DNA of 64,000 nucleotides from Candidatus Methylomirabilota bacterium. GTDB taxonomy: Bacteria; Methylomirabilota; Methylomirabilia; Rokubacteriales; CSP1-6. The notes beneath the pieces were generated by a model. That model was given only the letters and a program-made list of their open reading frames with translations. It was not told the DNA's origin and did no database searches. Within the stretch, counting starts at the first letter, position 1. The number at the start of each line of letters is the position of its first letter. Shown here in pieces: positions 9,001 through 16,993 of the stretch. The position numbers were made by a program, and so were the translations under genes. The stretch lies in NCBI GenBank assembly GCA_035650715.1, contig DASRHC010000004.1:1318-65317 (forward strand), in the 5' to 3' direction.

Positions 9001-10185
9001 GATCTCCACCCGCTTCCGGAGGTCCATCGAGCGGTCCATGGCCTGAGTGAGGGCGTAGAGATCCTCGGTGAGCCGCCGACGATCCTGGATGTCCTGGAAG
9101 AGGCGCGCCTTGGCGATCGCGGACGCGGACTGCGCGACGAAGACGTCGAGCGTCTCCTGGTCGTCGGGGCCGAAGCGGAACGGCTCGCGGCCCGCCATCA
9201 CCAGGACGCCCAGCAGCATGTCCTGGAAGACGATGGGCATGCCGAGCAGGCTACGGAAGCCGTGGGCGCTCCACCACTCGCGGTTGGTCACGCGCGGGTC
9301 GACCGCGACGTCGTCCACCGCGAGGATGCGCCGCTCGGTGGCGACCCAGCCCACGTCGCCGTCCCCGAGCTCGAAGGAGCGGCACGGGAAATCGGGGACG
9401 CCGGTGGGGCCCGCGAACGCGCGCGCCTCGACGCGCTTCAGCGCCGCGTCCACCACCCAGACCGACACGACCGGCACCCGCATCAGCTCCGCCGCGGCCG
9501 CCGCGATGCCGGCCAGCACCTCGTCGGGCTCCAGCGAGGACGAGATCAGCTGGTTGAGGCGCGCCAGCGTGCGCAGACGGTCCGCGCGGCCGTTCAGGGC
9601 CTCGTGCAGCCGCGCGTTGCGGAGCAGCACGCCGGCCTGCTCGCCGATGGCCCGCAGCGGGGCCACCTCCGCCTCGGTGAAGCGGCGCCCGGTGCGCCAC
9701 CACACGAGGTAGAACAGGCCGGCCACCTGCCCGTCGAGCACCAGCGGGACGATCAGGCCCGACCGGTGCGGGACGCGGCGGAACGCTTCGGCGGCGAAGC
9801 GCGGATCCGACGGCACGTCGTCGCTCCAGACGACGTGGCCGCTGCCCAGCAGCGTGTCGAGCTGCCGCTGGTCGGAGGCGGTGAGCCGCGCCCCGCCCGC
9901 CGAGGGCGGCGGGTCCTTCGGCACGTGGTAGCCGGCCACCGGGGCGAGCTCCGCGTCGGCGGACCGGCGGACGTACGCGGCCACCGTCTCCGCGCCGGTC
10001 ACGCGGGCGAGCTCGCGGCAGATGAGGCGCAGCGCCTCGACGAGATCGGTGGTGCCGCTGGCGATGCGCGCGACCGAGAGAAGCGCCGCGGTCTCGCGGA
10101 GCCGCGACTCGAGCGCCCGGTCGCCCGCCGGCTCGAACCCCGCGCCCTCGTCCGGGCGGGCACCGCCGGCCGTCTGGCTCGTCAT
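6082..10185 (-). CDS. Soluble hybrid sensor histidine kinase: about 5 GAF domains, PAS, HisKA, HATPase_c, C-terminal REC
   Basis: H-box 'SHELRTPL', G-box 'GGTGLGLAICRGIVEEHGG', REC 'LVLVVDDEPDVR...DLMLPDLDG'. No hydrophobic transmembrane segment seen in 1367 aa. Confidence 0.9.
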   Translation of the reverse strand: MTSQTAGGARPDEGAGFEPAGDRALESRLRETAALLSVARIASGTTDLVEALRLICRELARVTGAETVAAYVRRSADAELAPVAGYHVPKDPPPSAGGARLTASDQRQLDTLLGSGHVVWSDDVPSDPRFAAEAFRRVPHRSGLIVPLVLDGQVAGLFYLVWWRTGRRFTEAEVAPLRAIGEQAGVLLRNARLHEALNGRADRLRTLARLNQLISSSLEPDEVLAGIAAAAAELMRVPVVSVWVVDAALKRVEARAFAGPTGVPDFPCRSFELGDGDVGWVATERRILAVDDVAVDPRVTNREWWSAHGFRSLLGMPIVFQDMLLGVLVMAGREPFRFGPDDQETLDVFVAQSASAIAKARLFQDIQDRRRLTEDLYALTQAMDRSMDLRKRVEIFAEGAGRALSFDRLSVWLAEDGGAALRLVAGRDGDPGVPAVVPLDEAGAFRSVWDSGTTLMVADDEQLAGVLRLSARWRRHPVLRSRRFAVVPLLVQGRPIGLVAVDNKPSRRPITRRGVAHLELFCQQLATSVNNARLYQETRQRERDATLLLEVTRKLSSTLELDAVLDLVSDGVIAALGCAAAGVYRWDATRGGLVFVRGRNHSERFARPRLIRAGEGIAGRAYAERRPAWTSDRLADPTVAYGTENATAMSGAGAPRAYLAVPIVVRDEVFGVLGGSYFEPHVFTEREVNLLSALAAQAAVAIENARLYTVTQQNLAGAALLNAAARTLHRTLDVNRLLPEAAGTLGQTFGARRVGIVLFEEPGAGSGEAIAWGDWPDRTVRALAEPLRRREAPLLIPDAAARPDLLGPGLLEAGTALAGFPVRGRSRVLGGLLLLFAGPRALAEAETRLLAAYADQLAMALDNATLFENAENQKTQLEQVFASTSDGFLVLDLERGVVALNERGGELLGVAPRAMVGRPFAHLVEAVARTVDWTAADGPALTAALERPGEAADGDLELIGSERRTLRWTVTPTRDLLGAVVGVTVTLRDVTREREIDRMKTEFVSTVSHELRTPLASIKGSLHLLLSDGQLVLDDTQRHLVDISLKNTDRLIRLINNILDISKMEAGQIHLDLAAHRPLDFVELAVDGIRGFAESRRITIEAEIEPDLPSVQVDFDRMVQVVTNLLSNAIKFSPEGERVTVGARREGPELAIWVRDHGRGIAPEDVGRLFQKFQQLDGSNVRTVGGTGLGLAICRGIVEEHGGRIGVESALGAGATFTVRLPLPGVPADAAGAGAPAEGDAQAPLVLVVDDEPDVRALMRDVLQMSGFRVIEAGRVLEGVELARQQRPDAITMDLMLPDLDGFEAIRLLREQPETRETPVVILSAIEVEPGDPRALGATVCLTKPFSSADLLGAVRARLRPTSGSRA

Positions 10186-10225
10186 GGGGGCGAGTCCAGT
10201 ATATGCCGGGGCCCGCGAAACTCGG

Positions 10226-11056
10226 TCAACGCGGGGAGCCGGGCTTGAGCCCCGTCGCCCCGTAGTAGTTGAAGGTGAACACGAAGTGGCCGGCCGCGTC
10301 GGCGCGCTCGATGGCGGCCAGCCACCGCGCGGCGCGGCCGGCCCCGACGAGGCCGAACCGCTGGGCGAGCAGGGCCCGGCGCTTCAGGAGGCCGTGGGTG
10401 AAGTCGTCGAGGCGGCGCGTCTGGTAGACGTCGGCCAGGAGCCGCACCCGCTCGAGCCCCAGCGCCACCAGCCGCCGGACGAGGGTGCGCCCCGAGTAGG
10501 GCTCGGGATACAGCCGGGCGGTCACCCCGTCCAGGATGAGCCGGGTGAGCGCGCGGTCCGGATGGTCGAGCACCTGGGTCCCGAAGTCCTGATCCTGCAG
10601 TCCCACCACGCCGCCCGGCCGCGTGACCCGCACCAGCTCGCGCAGCATCGCCTGCGGCCGCGCCACGTGGAGCAGCACCGTGACCGCCAGCGCGCAGTCG
10701 AAGCGACCGGGGCGGAACGGCAGCGCCGCCGCGTCCGCCAGGCGGAAGTCCACGCGCCTCGCCAGCCCGGCCTCGCGCGCGGCCCGCCGCGCCGCCGCCG
10801 TCAGCACCCGGCTCTTGTCCACGCCGGTCACGTGGCCGCGCGGGCCTACCAGTGCCGCCAGGTCCCGCGCCACGACCCCGCTGCCCGATCCCACCTCCAG
10901 CACCCGCCAGCCGGGCTCGATGCGGCAGAAGCGCAGGAAGCGCCGGCGCACGCGGACCTGCGTGGGCGTGCGCCCGCGCGACTCCATCATCCGTGCGAAC
11001 CCGCCGGGATCCGGCTGGCGGTCGACCGCGCGCCACGGGTCGGGATGCACGGCCAT
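10226..11056 (-). CDS. Class I SAM-dependent methyltransferase
   Basis: Motif I 'VLEVGSGSGVVARDLA'. Size 276 aa. Confidence 0.8.
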   Translation of the reverse strand: MAVHPDPWRAVDRQPDPGGFARMMESRGRTPTQVRVRRRFLRFCRIEPGWRVLEVGSGSGVVARDLAALVGPRGHVTGVDKSRVLTAAARRAAREAGLARRVDFRLADAAALPFRPGRFDCALAVTVLLHVARPQAMLRELVRVTRPGGVVGLQDQDFGTQVLDHPDRALTRLILDGVTARLYPEPYSGRTLVRRLVALGLERVRLLADVYQTRRLDDFTHGLLKRRALLAQRFGLVGAGRAARWLAAIERADAAGHFVFTFNYYGATGLKPGSPR

Positions 11057-11060
11057 GGCG

Positions 11061-11906
11061 CTAGGCGAAGTGACGGGGGAACAGCTCGGCGAGCAGGCGA
11101 AGCAGCCCCCCGTCGGCCGCGGCCGGCGCCACCCGATCGGCGGCGCGGCGCACCGCGTCCGGCGCGTGCGGCATCGCCACGCCCAGCCCGGCCACGCGGA
11201 GCATCTCGAGGTCGTTCTCCTGGTCTCCCACCGCGACCACCCGCGCCAGCGGCACCCCCACGTGCTCGGCCAGGCGCGCGAGCGCCGCGCCCTTGGAGGC
11301 GGCCACCGGGATGATCTCGAGGTAGTCGCGGCGGGTGCGCACCAGGCGGCCGTGCTCGGCCACGATCGGGGTCAGCTCCTCGCGCACGATGTCGAGATCG
11401 CGCGGGTGGCCGATCAGGAGACTCTTGATGAAGGAGCCCAGCCCGAGGAACTCGGTCACGTCCGGGATCACGTCGACGGTGAGGCCCTCCTCCTCGCAGT
11501 ACCGCCGCACCGCGGGCGTGCGTTCCACGCAGTACAGCCGGTCGTCGCGGTAGTAGATCGGATGCACCGGCGCCTGCGCCACCACCGGCCACGCGCGGCC
11601 CAGGACCCCGCGCGGCAGCGTCAGCGAGATCAGGTCCGGGCCGCCGTCGCCGCCGCGCACCACCGCCCCGTTGTAGTAGATCACCGGCGCGGTGATGCCG
11701 AGCTGGTCGCGGTACGGGTCGGCCGCCGCGGGCATGCGCCCGGTGGCGAGCGAGATGGGGAGGCCGCGCGCGGCGGCCCGCTGGAAGGCCTCGACCAGCG
11801 CGGGAGCGAGCCCCGTCTTCTCGTCCAGGAGCGTGCCGTCCAGATCGGAGACCAGCAAGTCGTACCCGCCCGGCGTCGCGCCGTCGCGCCCGCCGCCGCC
11901 GCTCAC
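11061..11906 (-). CDS. HAD-superfamily hydrolase, Cof-type
   Basis: 'LLVSDLDGTLLDE' (DxDGT motif) and 'VVAVGDQENDLEML'. GTG at 11906 makes a GTGA overlap with the upstream stop. Confidence 0.8.
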   Translation of the reverse strand: MSGGGGRDGATPGGYDLLVSDLDGTLLDEKTGLAPALVEAFQRAAARGLPISLATGRMPAAADPYRDQLGITAPVIYYNGAVVRGGDGGPDLISLTLPRGVLGRAWPVVAQAPVHPIYYRDDRLYCVERTPAVRRYCEEEGLTVDVIPDVTEFLGLGSFIKSLLIGHPRDLDIVREELTPIVAEHGRLVRTRRDYLEIIPVAASKGAALARLAEHVGVPLARVVAVGDQENDLEMLRVAGLGVAMPHAPDAVRRAADRVAPAAADGGLLRLLAELFPRHFA

Positions 11907-12151
11907 GCCCGGTGCTCGCCTCGATGGAAGCGCGCGGCGCACTCCCGCCCGCAGAAGTAGACGGGGGCGCCGGCCACCTCCTCGCGCACCGCGCGCGACA
12001 TCAGCACGTAGGTCTGGCAGACCGGGTCCTTCACGAGCTCGTCGTGACGGGGCGGGCCCGACGGCGACGGGCGCCCGCGGAACGCCGCGGGCAGGCGCAT
12101 GAGCACCATCAGGAGCAGAAGCAGGCAGGCGAGGATCAGCAGCGCGCGCAT
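11903..12151 (-). CDS. Membrane-anchored TRASH/YHS-type metal-binding mini-protein
   Basis: N-terminal transmembrane segment 'ALLILACLLLLLMVLM', then 'DPVCQ-x21-CGREC' (C-x21-C-x3-C TRASH spacing). Confidence 0.6.
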   Translation of the reverse strand: MRALLILACLLLLLMVLMRLPAAFRGRPSPSGPPRHDELVKDPVCQTYVLMSRAVREEVAGAPVYFCGRECAARFHRGEHRA

Positions 12152-12158
12152 GGCGCGG

Positions 12159-12395
12159 TCAGCGAGGATCGGGGCGGATCGAGAGCGATCGCAGGAAATC
12201 CCGATCCTGCTCGGTCAGGTCGAACCCGTCGGCGGCCTCGCGGTTGCGGCCGCCCGAGAAGAAGATGCCGGTCTCGGCACCGCGACGCAGGATCTCCTGC
12301 ACCGCCTCGCGCGAGGCCTCGGTGGCCTTCATGGAGAGCTCGATCGCCTTCAGCAGCTTGTCCATCAGGCGATCCGCGGGACGCTCTTGCGCCAT
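12159..12395 (-). CDS. Hypothetical 78-aa protein
   Basis: ATG ORF heading the minus-strand gene string. No family recognised. An extended -10-like 'TGCTATCGT' ends 7 nt before the ATG. Confidence 0.45.
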   Translation of the reverse strand: MAQERPADRLMDKLLKAIELSMKATEASREAVQEILRRGAETGIFFSGGRNREAADGFDLTEQDRDFLRSLSIRPDPR

Positions 12396-12433
12396 GGCGG
12401 TTACGATAGCACACTACCCTGGCGAGTCCGCCC

Positions 12434-12994
12434 GTGCCCCCCGAGAACCCCCACGACCGTGCGTGGCGTTTCCTGCGCAGCGCCGAGCGCCTCCGCCTCG
12501 GCAAGCTGACGCTGCGCGAGGACGTCTGGCGTCTGCCCACCGGCGTCGAGAAGACGTACCCGATCCTCCACGTCGGGCTCACGGTGGGCGTGGTGCCGTT
12601 CGTGGACGCCGAGCACGTGCTGCTGGTGCGTCAGTTCCGGCACCTGGCGCGCGCCGAGTCGTGGGAATTGCCGGGCGGCGGCGGCCGCCCCGGGGAGACC
12701 CCGGAGGCGGCGGCCCGGCGCGAGCTGCGGGAGGAAGGCGGCTACCGCGCCGGGCGCCTCACGTTCCTCACCCGCTTCCTGCCCTCGGCGGCCTACCTGG
12801 ACGAGGACGCGCACTGCTTCATCGGCGAGGACCTGGTCGCGGACCCCCTCGCCTCCGACGACGACGAGTTCTTCGAGCGGCGCGTGGTCCCCTTCCGCGA
12901 GGCGCTCACCATGGCTCTCGACGACCGCATCACCGAGTCGGTGTCGAAGCTCGCGCTCCTCGCCGCCGCCTTCCGCCTGAACGTCCGCCCCTGA
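12434..12994 (+). CDS. NUDIX hydrolase (ADP-ribose pyrophosphatase-like)
   Basis: Nudix box 'GGGGRPGETPEAAARRELREEGG'. Confidence 0.85.
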   Translation: MPPENPHDRAWRFLRSAERLRLGKLTLREDVWRLPTGVEKTYPILHVGLTVGVVPFVDAEHVLLVRQFRHLARAESWELPGGGGRPGETPEAAARRELREEGGYRAGRLTFLTRFLPSAAYLDEDAHCFIGEDLVADPLASDDDEFFERRVVPFREALTMALDDRITESVSKLALLAAAFRLNVRP

Positions 12995-13066
12995 ACCGCG
13001 CCCGGCAGGCGGTCCGAGCGTGCGGCCGAGGGCGTCAACGAAGCAGATGGGCCCTTCCCGGGCCGC

Positions 13067-13807
13067 CTAGTAGGTGGCGCGGCCTCCGGAGAGGTCGTAC
13101 ACCGCGCCCGTGCTGAAGGTGCACTCCTCCGACGCGAGCCAGGACACCAGCGCGGCGACCTCCTCCGGGGTCCCCACGCGGCCCATCGGGATCTTGGAGA
13201 TCAGGAGCTCCACCGTGCTGGTCTCCATCTGCTTGAGCAGCTCGGTGCCGATGACGGCGGGAGCCACCGCGTTGACCAGGATGCCGCGCGTGGCCACTTC
13301 CTTGGCGAGCGCCTTGGTGAGCCCGATGACCCCCGCCTTCGCGGCCGAGTAGGGCACGAGCGTGGGGTTGCCCTCCTTGCCGGCGATCGAGGCGATGTTC
13401 ACGATGCGCCCGCCGCCCTGCCGCAGCATCACCTTCACCGCGGCCCGGCAGCACAGGAACACGCTGGTGAGATCGACGTCGATCACCCGCCGCCAGTCCT
13501 CGTCGGTCAGCTCCCAGATCGGGAACGACCGGCCGGTGATCCCCGCGTTGTTCACGGCGACGTCGAGCCGGCTCCACTCGCGCTCGATGCGAGCGACCGC
13601 GGCGTCCACGTCGGCGGGGCGGGTCACGTCGGCCACGAGCGCGAGCGCATCCACGCCGAGCCCGGCGGCCGCCGCCTCCACCGCGGCGCGGTCCTGGTCG
13701 AGCAGCGCCACGCGCAGGCCGTCGGCGGCCAGGCGGGTCGCGATGGCGAGCCCGATGCCCCGGGCGGCCCCGGTCACGAGCGCGGTCTTCCCGGTCGAGG
13801 CGGCCAC
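13067..13807 (-). CDS. Short-chain dehydrogenase/reductase (FabG-like)
   Basis: 'ALVTGAARGIG', 'NNAG', 'YSAAK'. GTG at 13807 lies just after the cupin stop. The remainder of ORF 13067..14725 overlaps other genes out of frame. Confidence 0.85.
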   Translation of the reverse strand: MAASTGKTALVTGAARGIGLAIATRLAADGLRVALLDQDRAAVEAAAAGLGVDALALVADVTRPADVDAAVARIEREWSRLDVAVNNAGITGRSFPIWELTDEDWRRVIDVDLTSVFLCCRAAVKVMLRQGGGRIVNIASIAGKEGNPTLVPYSAAKAGVIGLTKALAKEVATRGILVNAVAPAVIGTELLKQMETSTVELLISKIPMGRVGTPEEVAALVSWLASEECTFSTGAVYDLSGGRATY

Positions 13808-13809
13808 GG

Positions 13810-14154
13810 CTAGTACGCCGGCGGCGCGTACACCGACAGGAAGAACAGCGGGCTCCGGCCGGGGTTGCGCACGTGGTGGAGCGTGCCGGCCGGGATCATC
13901 ACGCACGAGCCCGGGCCGACCTCGTGCTCGGTGCCGTCGATGGTGAGCACGCCGCGCCCCTCGATCACGTAGACCACCTGGTCGCCCGGATGGGTCTCCG
14001 CGGGTCCGCCGTCCTTGCCCGGATCCACGGTCATGACCGCGGTCTGGCTGCGGTCGGTCTCCTGCAGCACCTCGAAGAATCGCCCCTTGCGGGGCAGCAC
14101 GTCGATCACCGGCTGCGTCATCGGCTCCTCCTTCTGAGCGTGCCCGGTCGGCAT
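13810..14154 (-). CDS. Cupin-domain protein
   Basis: 114 aa with 'HPGDQVVYVIEGRG...GTLHHVRN' cupin motifs. Confidence 0.75.
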   Translation of the reverse strand: MPTGHAQKEEPMTQPVIDVLPRKGRFFEVLQETDRSQTAVMTVDPGKDGGPAETHPGDQVVYVIEGRGVLTIDGTEHEVGPGSCVMIPAGTLHHVRNPGRSPLFFLSVYAPPAY

Positions 14155-15891
14155 CTACCGGGCCGTCGTCTCGGTCGCCGCGTCCCGGGGGTCCCGCCAG
14201 GCCTGCGTGCGCCGCTCCACCCCGCGCATGAGCGCCCAGTAGCCCACGCGCACCGCGAGGCCGATGGCCACGATGCAGACCGACATCGCGGCCGCCTGCG
14301 CGGTGTCGCCCGCGTCGTCCATGAGCAGCACCGCGACCGCGGCCAGCTCGGTGCCCGGCGCCACCAGGAACACCACCGCCGAGAGCGTGACCATCGCGTT
14401 GAGGAAGAAGTACATGCTGATGGCCACGATGGACGGGAGCGCCATCGGCACCGTCACCCGCCAGAACGTCCGGTAGAAGGGTACTCCCAGCGAGGCGGAG
14501 ACGTTCTCGAACTCCGCGTCCATCTGGCGCAGCGCGGTGGTCGCGGTGAGGAAGCCCACCGTGAAGTAGTGGATCACGTTGGAGATCACGAGGATCGCGA
14601 GCGTGCCGTAGAGCACGTTGAGCGCGCTGCCCGCCGCGTTGAACGTGAAGATGTAGGCCAGACCCAGCACCATGCCCGGGATCGAGACCGGCAGCACGGC
14701 CAGCAGGTAGAGCGGCCCGCTCCACGCGGTGCGGAACTTCTCCACCACGTAGGCGCCCACGAAGGCGAGCCCCGTCCCCAGCGCCGCGGTGAGCGCGGCC
14801 ACGTACACGCTGTTCAGGAGCGGCGCGTAGCCGCCCACCGTGTCGAACCGGTAGTGGCGCAGCGTGAAGGTGAAGTTGTACGGCCAGCGCAGGACCAGCG
14901 AGTACACGACGATGGCCAGGTACATGCCCGCGATGGCGCCACCCACCAGGGCGCAGTAGGCGAAGGCGCCCCAGTCGGCGGCGGGGCGGCGCTCGGGCGC
15001 GAGCGGCCGGGAAGCGGCGGTGACCAGCGCATAGCGCCGGCGCTGCACCACCCGGTCCACCAGGAAGGCCAGCACCGCCGGGATCAGCAGCACGACCGAC
15101 ACCGTGGCCCCCATGGTGAAGTTCTGCTGACCCGAGACCTGGTTGTAGATCTCGGTGGCCATCACCGAGAACTTGCCCCCGATGGCCTTGGGGGCGCCGA
15201 AGTCGGTGAGGACGAGCGTGAACACCACGAAGCAGGCGCTCACCAGCCCGAACTTCGCCCCCGGCAGGGTCACCGTGAGGAAGGTGCGCAGCGGGCCCGC
15301 GCCGAGCGTCCGCGCCGCGTCGTAGAGGCGGGCGTCGGTCGCCGAGAGCGCGGCCACCAGGATGAGCAGCGCGTGAGGGAAGCAGTAGAAGACCTCGGCC
15401 ATCACGATGCCCTTGGCCCCGTAGATGCCGATGTTCCAGCCGGTGGCCCGGGTCACGATGCCGTTGTTGCCGAAGACGTAGATGAACGCCAGCGCCTGCA
15501 CCAGCGACGGAGCGAACAGCGGCAGCATCGCCACCGGCCGGAAGACGGCGCGCCCGGGCATGCGGGTGCGGGTGAGCCCGTAGGCGTACGCGAAGGCCAG
15601 CGTCACCGTGATCGCCATGGACACGATGGAGACGAACAGGCTGTTCGAGATGGATTGCGCGATGGCGGGCGTGCCGAAGTAGCGGCGGTAGTTCGCGGCG
15701 CCCACGAAGGCGCCGTCGTTGGCGAGCAGGCTGCGCCAGATCACCTGCAGGAGCGGGTAGAGCACGAAGAGGTACAGGATCGCCGCGAATCCCGCCACGA
15801 GCGCCCAGCGCACGAAATCCTCAACGCCGAGCCGGCGGCGCACGGCGCGGTCGGGCAGTGCGGCGGGCCGGTCCGGGAGCGCGGCGGCCAC
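14155..15891 (-). CDS. ABC importer permease, fused two-domain type (Fe3+/2-aminoethylphosphonate-type, about 12 TM)
   Basis: 578 aa, very hydrophobic, with two internally repeated permease halves. Confidence 0.85.
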   Translation of the reverse strand: MAAALPDRPAALPDRAVRRRLGVEDFVRWALVAGFAAILYLFVLYPLLQVIWRSLLANDGAFVGAANYRRYFGTPAIAQSISNSLFVSIVSMAITVTLAFAYAYGLTRTRMPGRAVFRPVAMLPLFAPSLVQALAFIYVFGNNGIVTRATGWNIGIYGAKGIVMAEVFYCFPHALLILVAALSATDARLYDAARTLGAGPLRTFLTVTLPGAKFGLVSACFVVFTLVLTDFGAPKAIGGKFSVMATEIYNQVSGQQNFTMGATVSVVLLIPAVLAFLVDRVVQRRRYALVTAASRPLAPERRPAADWGAFAYCALVGGAIAGMYLAIVVYSLVLRWPYNFTFTLRHYRFDTVGGYAPLLNSVYVAALTAALGTGLAFVGAYVVEKFRTAWSGPLYLLAVLPVSIPGMVLGLAYIFTFNAAGSALNVLYGTLAILVISNVIHYFTVGFLTATTALRQMDAEFENVSASLGVPFYRTFWRVTVPMALPSIVAISMYFFLNAMVTLSAVVFLVAPGTELAAVAVLLMDDAGDTAQAAAMSVCIVAIGLAVRVGYWALMRGVERRTQAWRDPRDAATETTAR

Positions 15892-15895
15892 GCGC

Positions 15896-16993
15896 CTAGC
15901 CCGCGACCGGGAAGACGCGCAGGGCCTCGGGCCGGAGCGCGAGCGCCAGCTCCGAGCCCTCGGCCGCGCCCAGCGCCGCGAAGGCGGTGGCGGCCACGTC
16001 GCACTCGAGCGCGGGCGCGCCCTCCGAGAGGGTCAGGCTCAATCGGGTGAAGGGGCCGAGGAACTGCACCGCGCGGATCCGGGTGACGAGCCGGTTCTCG
16101 TGCCCTTCCGCGGCCGGGCCCACCACGATCTCCTCGGGTCGGATGGCGAGGGTCAGCCGGGTGCCGGCGGCCAGCGGCTCGGTCGCCCCGTGCCGCATCT
16201 CCACCGTCCCGAGCCGCGCCCAGCCCGGGCGCTCGCACGCGGTGGCCTCGAGGAAGTTCATCTGCCCCACGAAGCGCGCCACGAACGGCGAGCGCGGCCG
16301 CGTGTACACCTCCATCGGGGTGCCCACCTGCTCCACCACCCCGTGGTTCATCACCACGATGCGGTCGGCCATCGCGAGGGCCTCCTCCTGGTCGTGGGTC
16401 ACCATGATCGTGGTGATGCCGAGCCGGCGCTGGAGCGCCCGGATCTCATGGCGCAGGCTCTGCCGCACCCGCGCGTCCAGCGCGGAGAGGGGCTCGTCCA
16501 GCAGGAGCAGCTCGGGCGACGGGGCCAGGGCGCGCGCCAGCGCGATGCGCTGCTGCTCGCCGCCCGAGAGCTGGGCCGGGTACTTCGCCTTGTGGGCCGT
16601 GAGCCCCACCAGGGCCAGCAGCTCGTCGACCCTGCGCTCGATCTCGGCGCGAGGAGTCCGGCGCGTCTCGAGCCCGTAGGCGACGTTGCGCGCCACCGTG
16701 AGGTTCGGGAACAGCGCGTAGGACTGGAACACGATGCCGTAGTTACGCTGGCTCGGCGGCAGGCCGGAGACGTCGCGCCCGGCCATCATCACCTGCCCCG
16801 CGTTCTGCCGCTCGAGCCCCGCGATGATCCGCAGCAGGGTGGTCTTGCCACAGCCGCTCGGGCCCAGGAAGCACACGAACTCGCCCGCCGGTACCGTGAG
16901 GTCGATGTCGCGCAGGGCCACGAACTGCCCGAACTTCTTCCCGATGCCGAGCAGGGTGACCGCCGCCGGCCGGGACGGCGCCGCCGGGCTCAC
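15896..16993 (-). CDS. ABC importer ATP-binding protein
   Basis: Walker A 'GPSGCGKTT', signature 'LSGGEQQR', Walker B 'LLLLDEPLS'. GTG at 16993 forms a GTGA overlap with the recQ stop. Confidence 0.9.
   Translation of the reverse strand: MSPAAPSRPAAVTLLGIGKKFGQFVALRDIDLTVPAGEFVCFLGPSGCGKTTLLRIIAGLERQNAGQVMMAGRDVSGLPPSQRNYGIVFQSYALFPNLTVARNVAYGLETRRTPRAEIERRVDELLALVGLTAHKAKYPAQLSGGEQQRIALARALAPSPELLLLDEPLSALDARVRQSLRHEIRALQRRLGITTIMVTHDQEEALAMADRIVVMNHGVVEQVGTPMEVYTRPRSPFVARFVGQMNFLEATACERPGWARLGTVEMRHGATEPLAAGTRLTLAIRPEEIVVGPAAEGHENRLVTRIRAVQFLGPFTRLSLTLSEGAPALECDVAATAFAALGAAEGSELALALRPEALRVFPVAG

Noticed and set aside
6583-10248. 1221-aa plus-strand ORF opposite the histidine kinase. The same applies to the other long antisense or alternative-frame ORFs at 29980..31668, 33592..35637, 37363..39798, 41901..43556 (N-terminal part), 43372..45300 and 56663..58375.
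   Set aside because: All overlap confidently assigned genes, lack recognisable domains, and have the R/G/P/A/H-rich composition expected of non-coding frames at this GC content.
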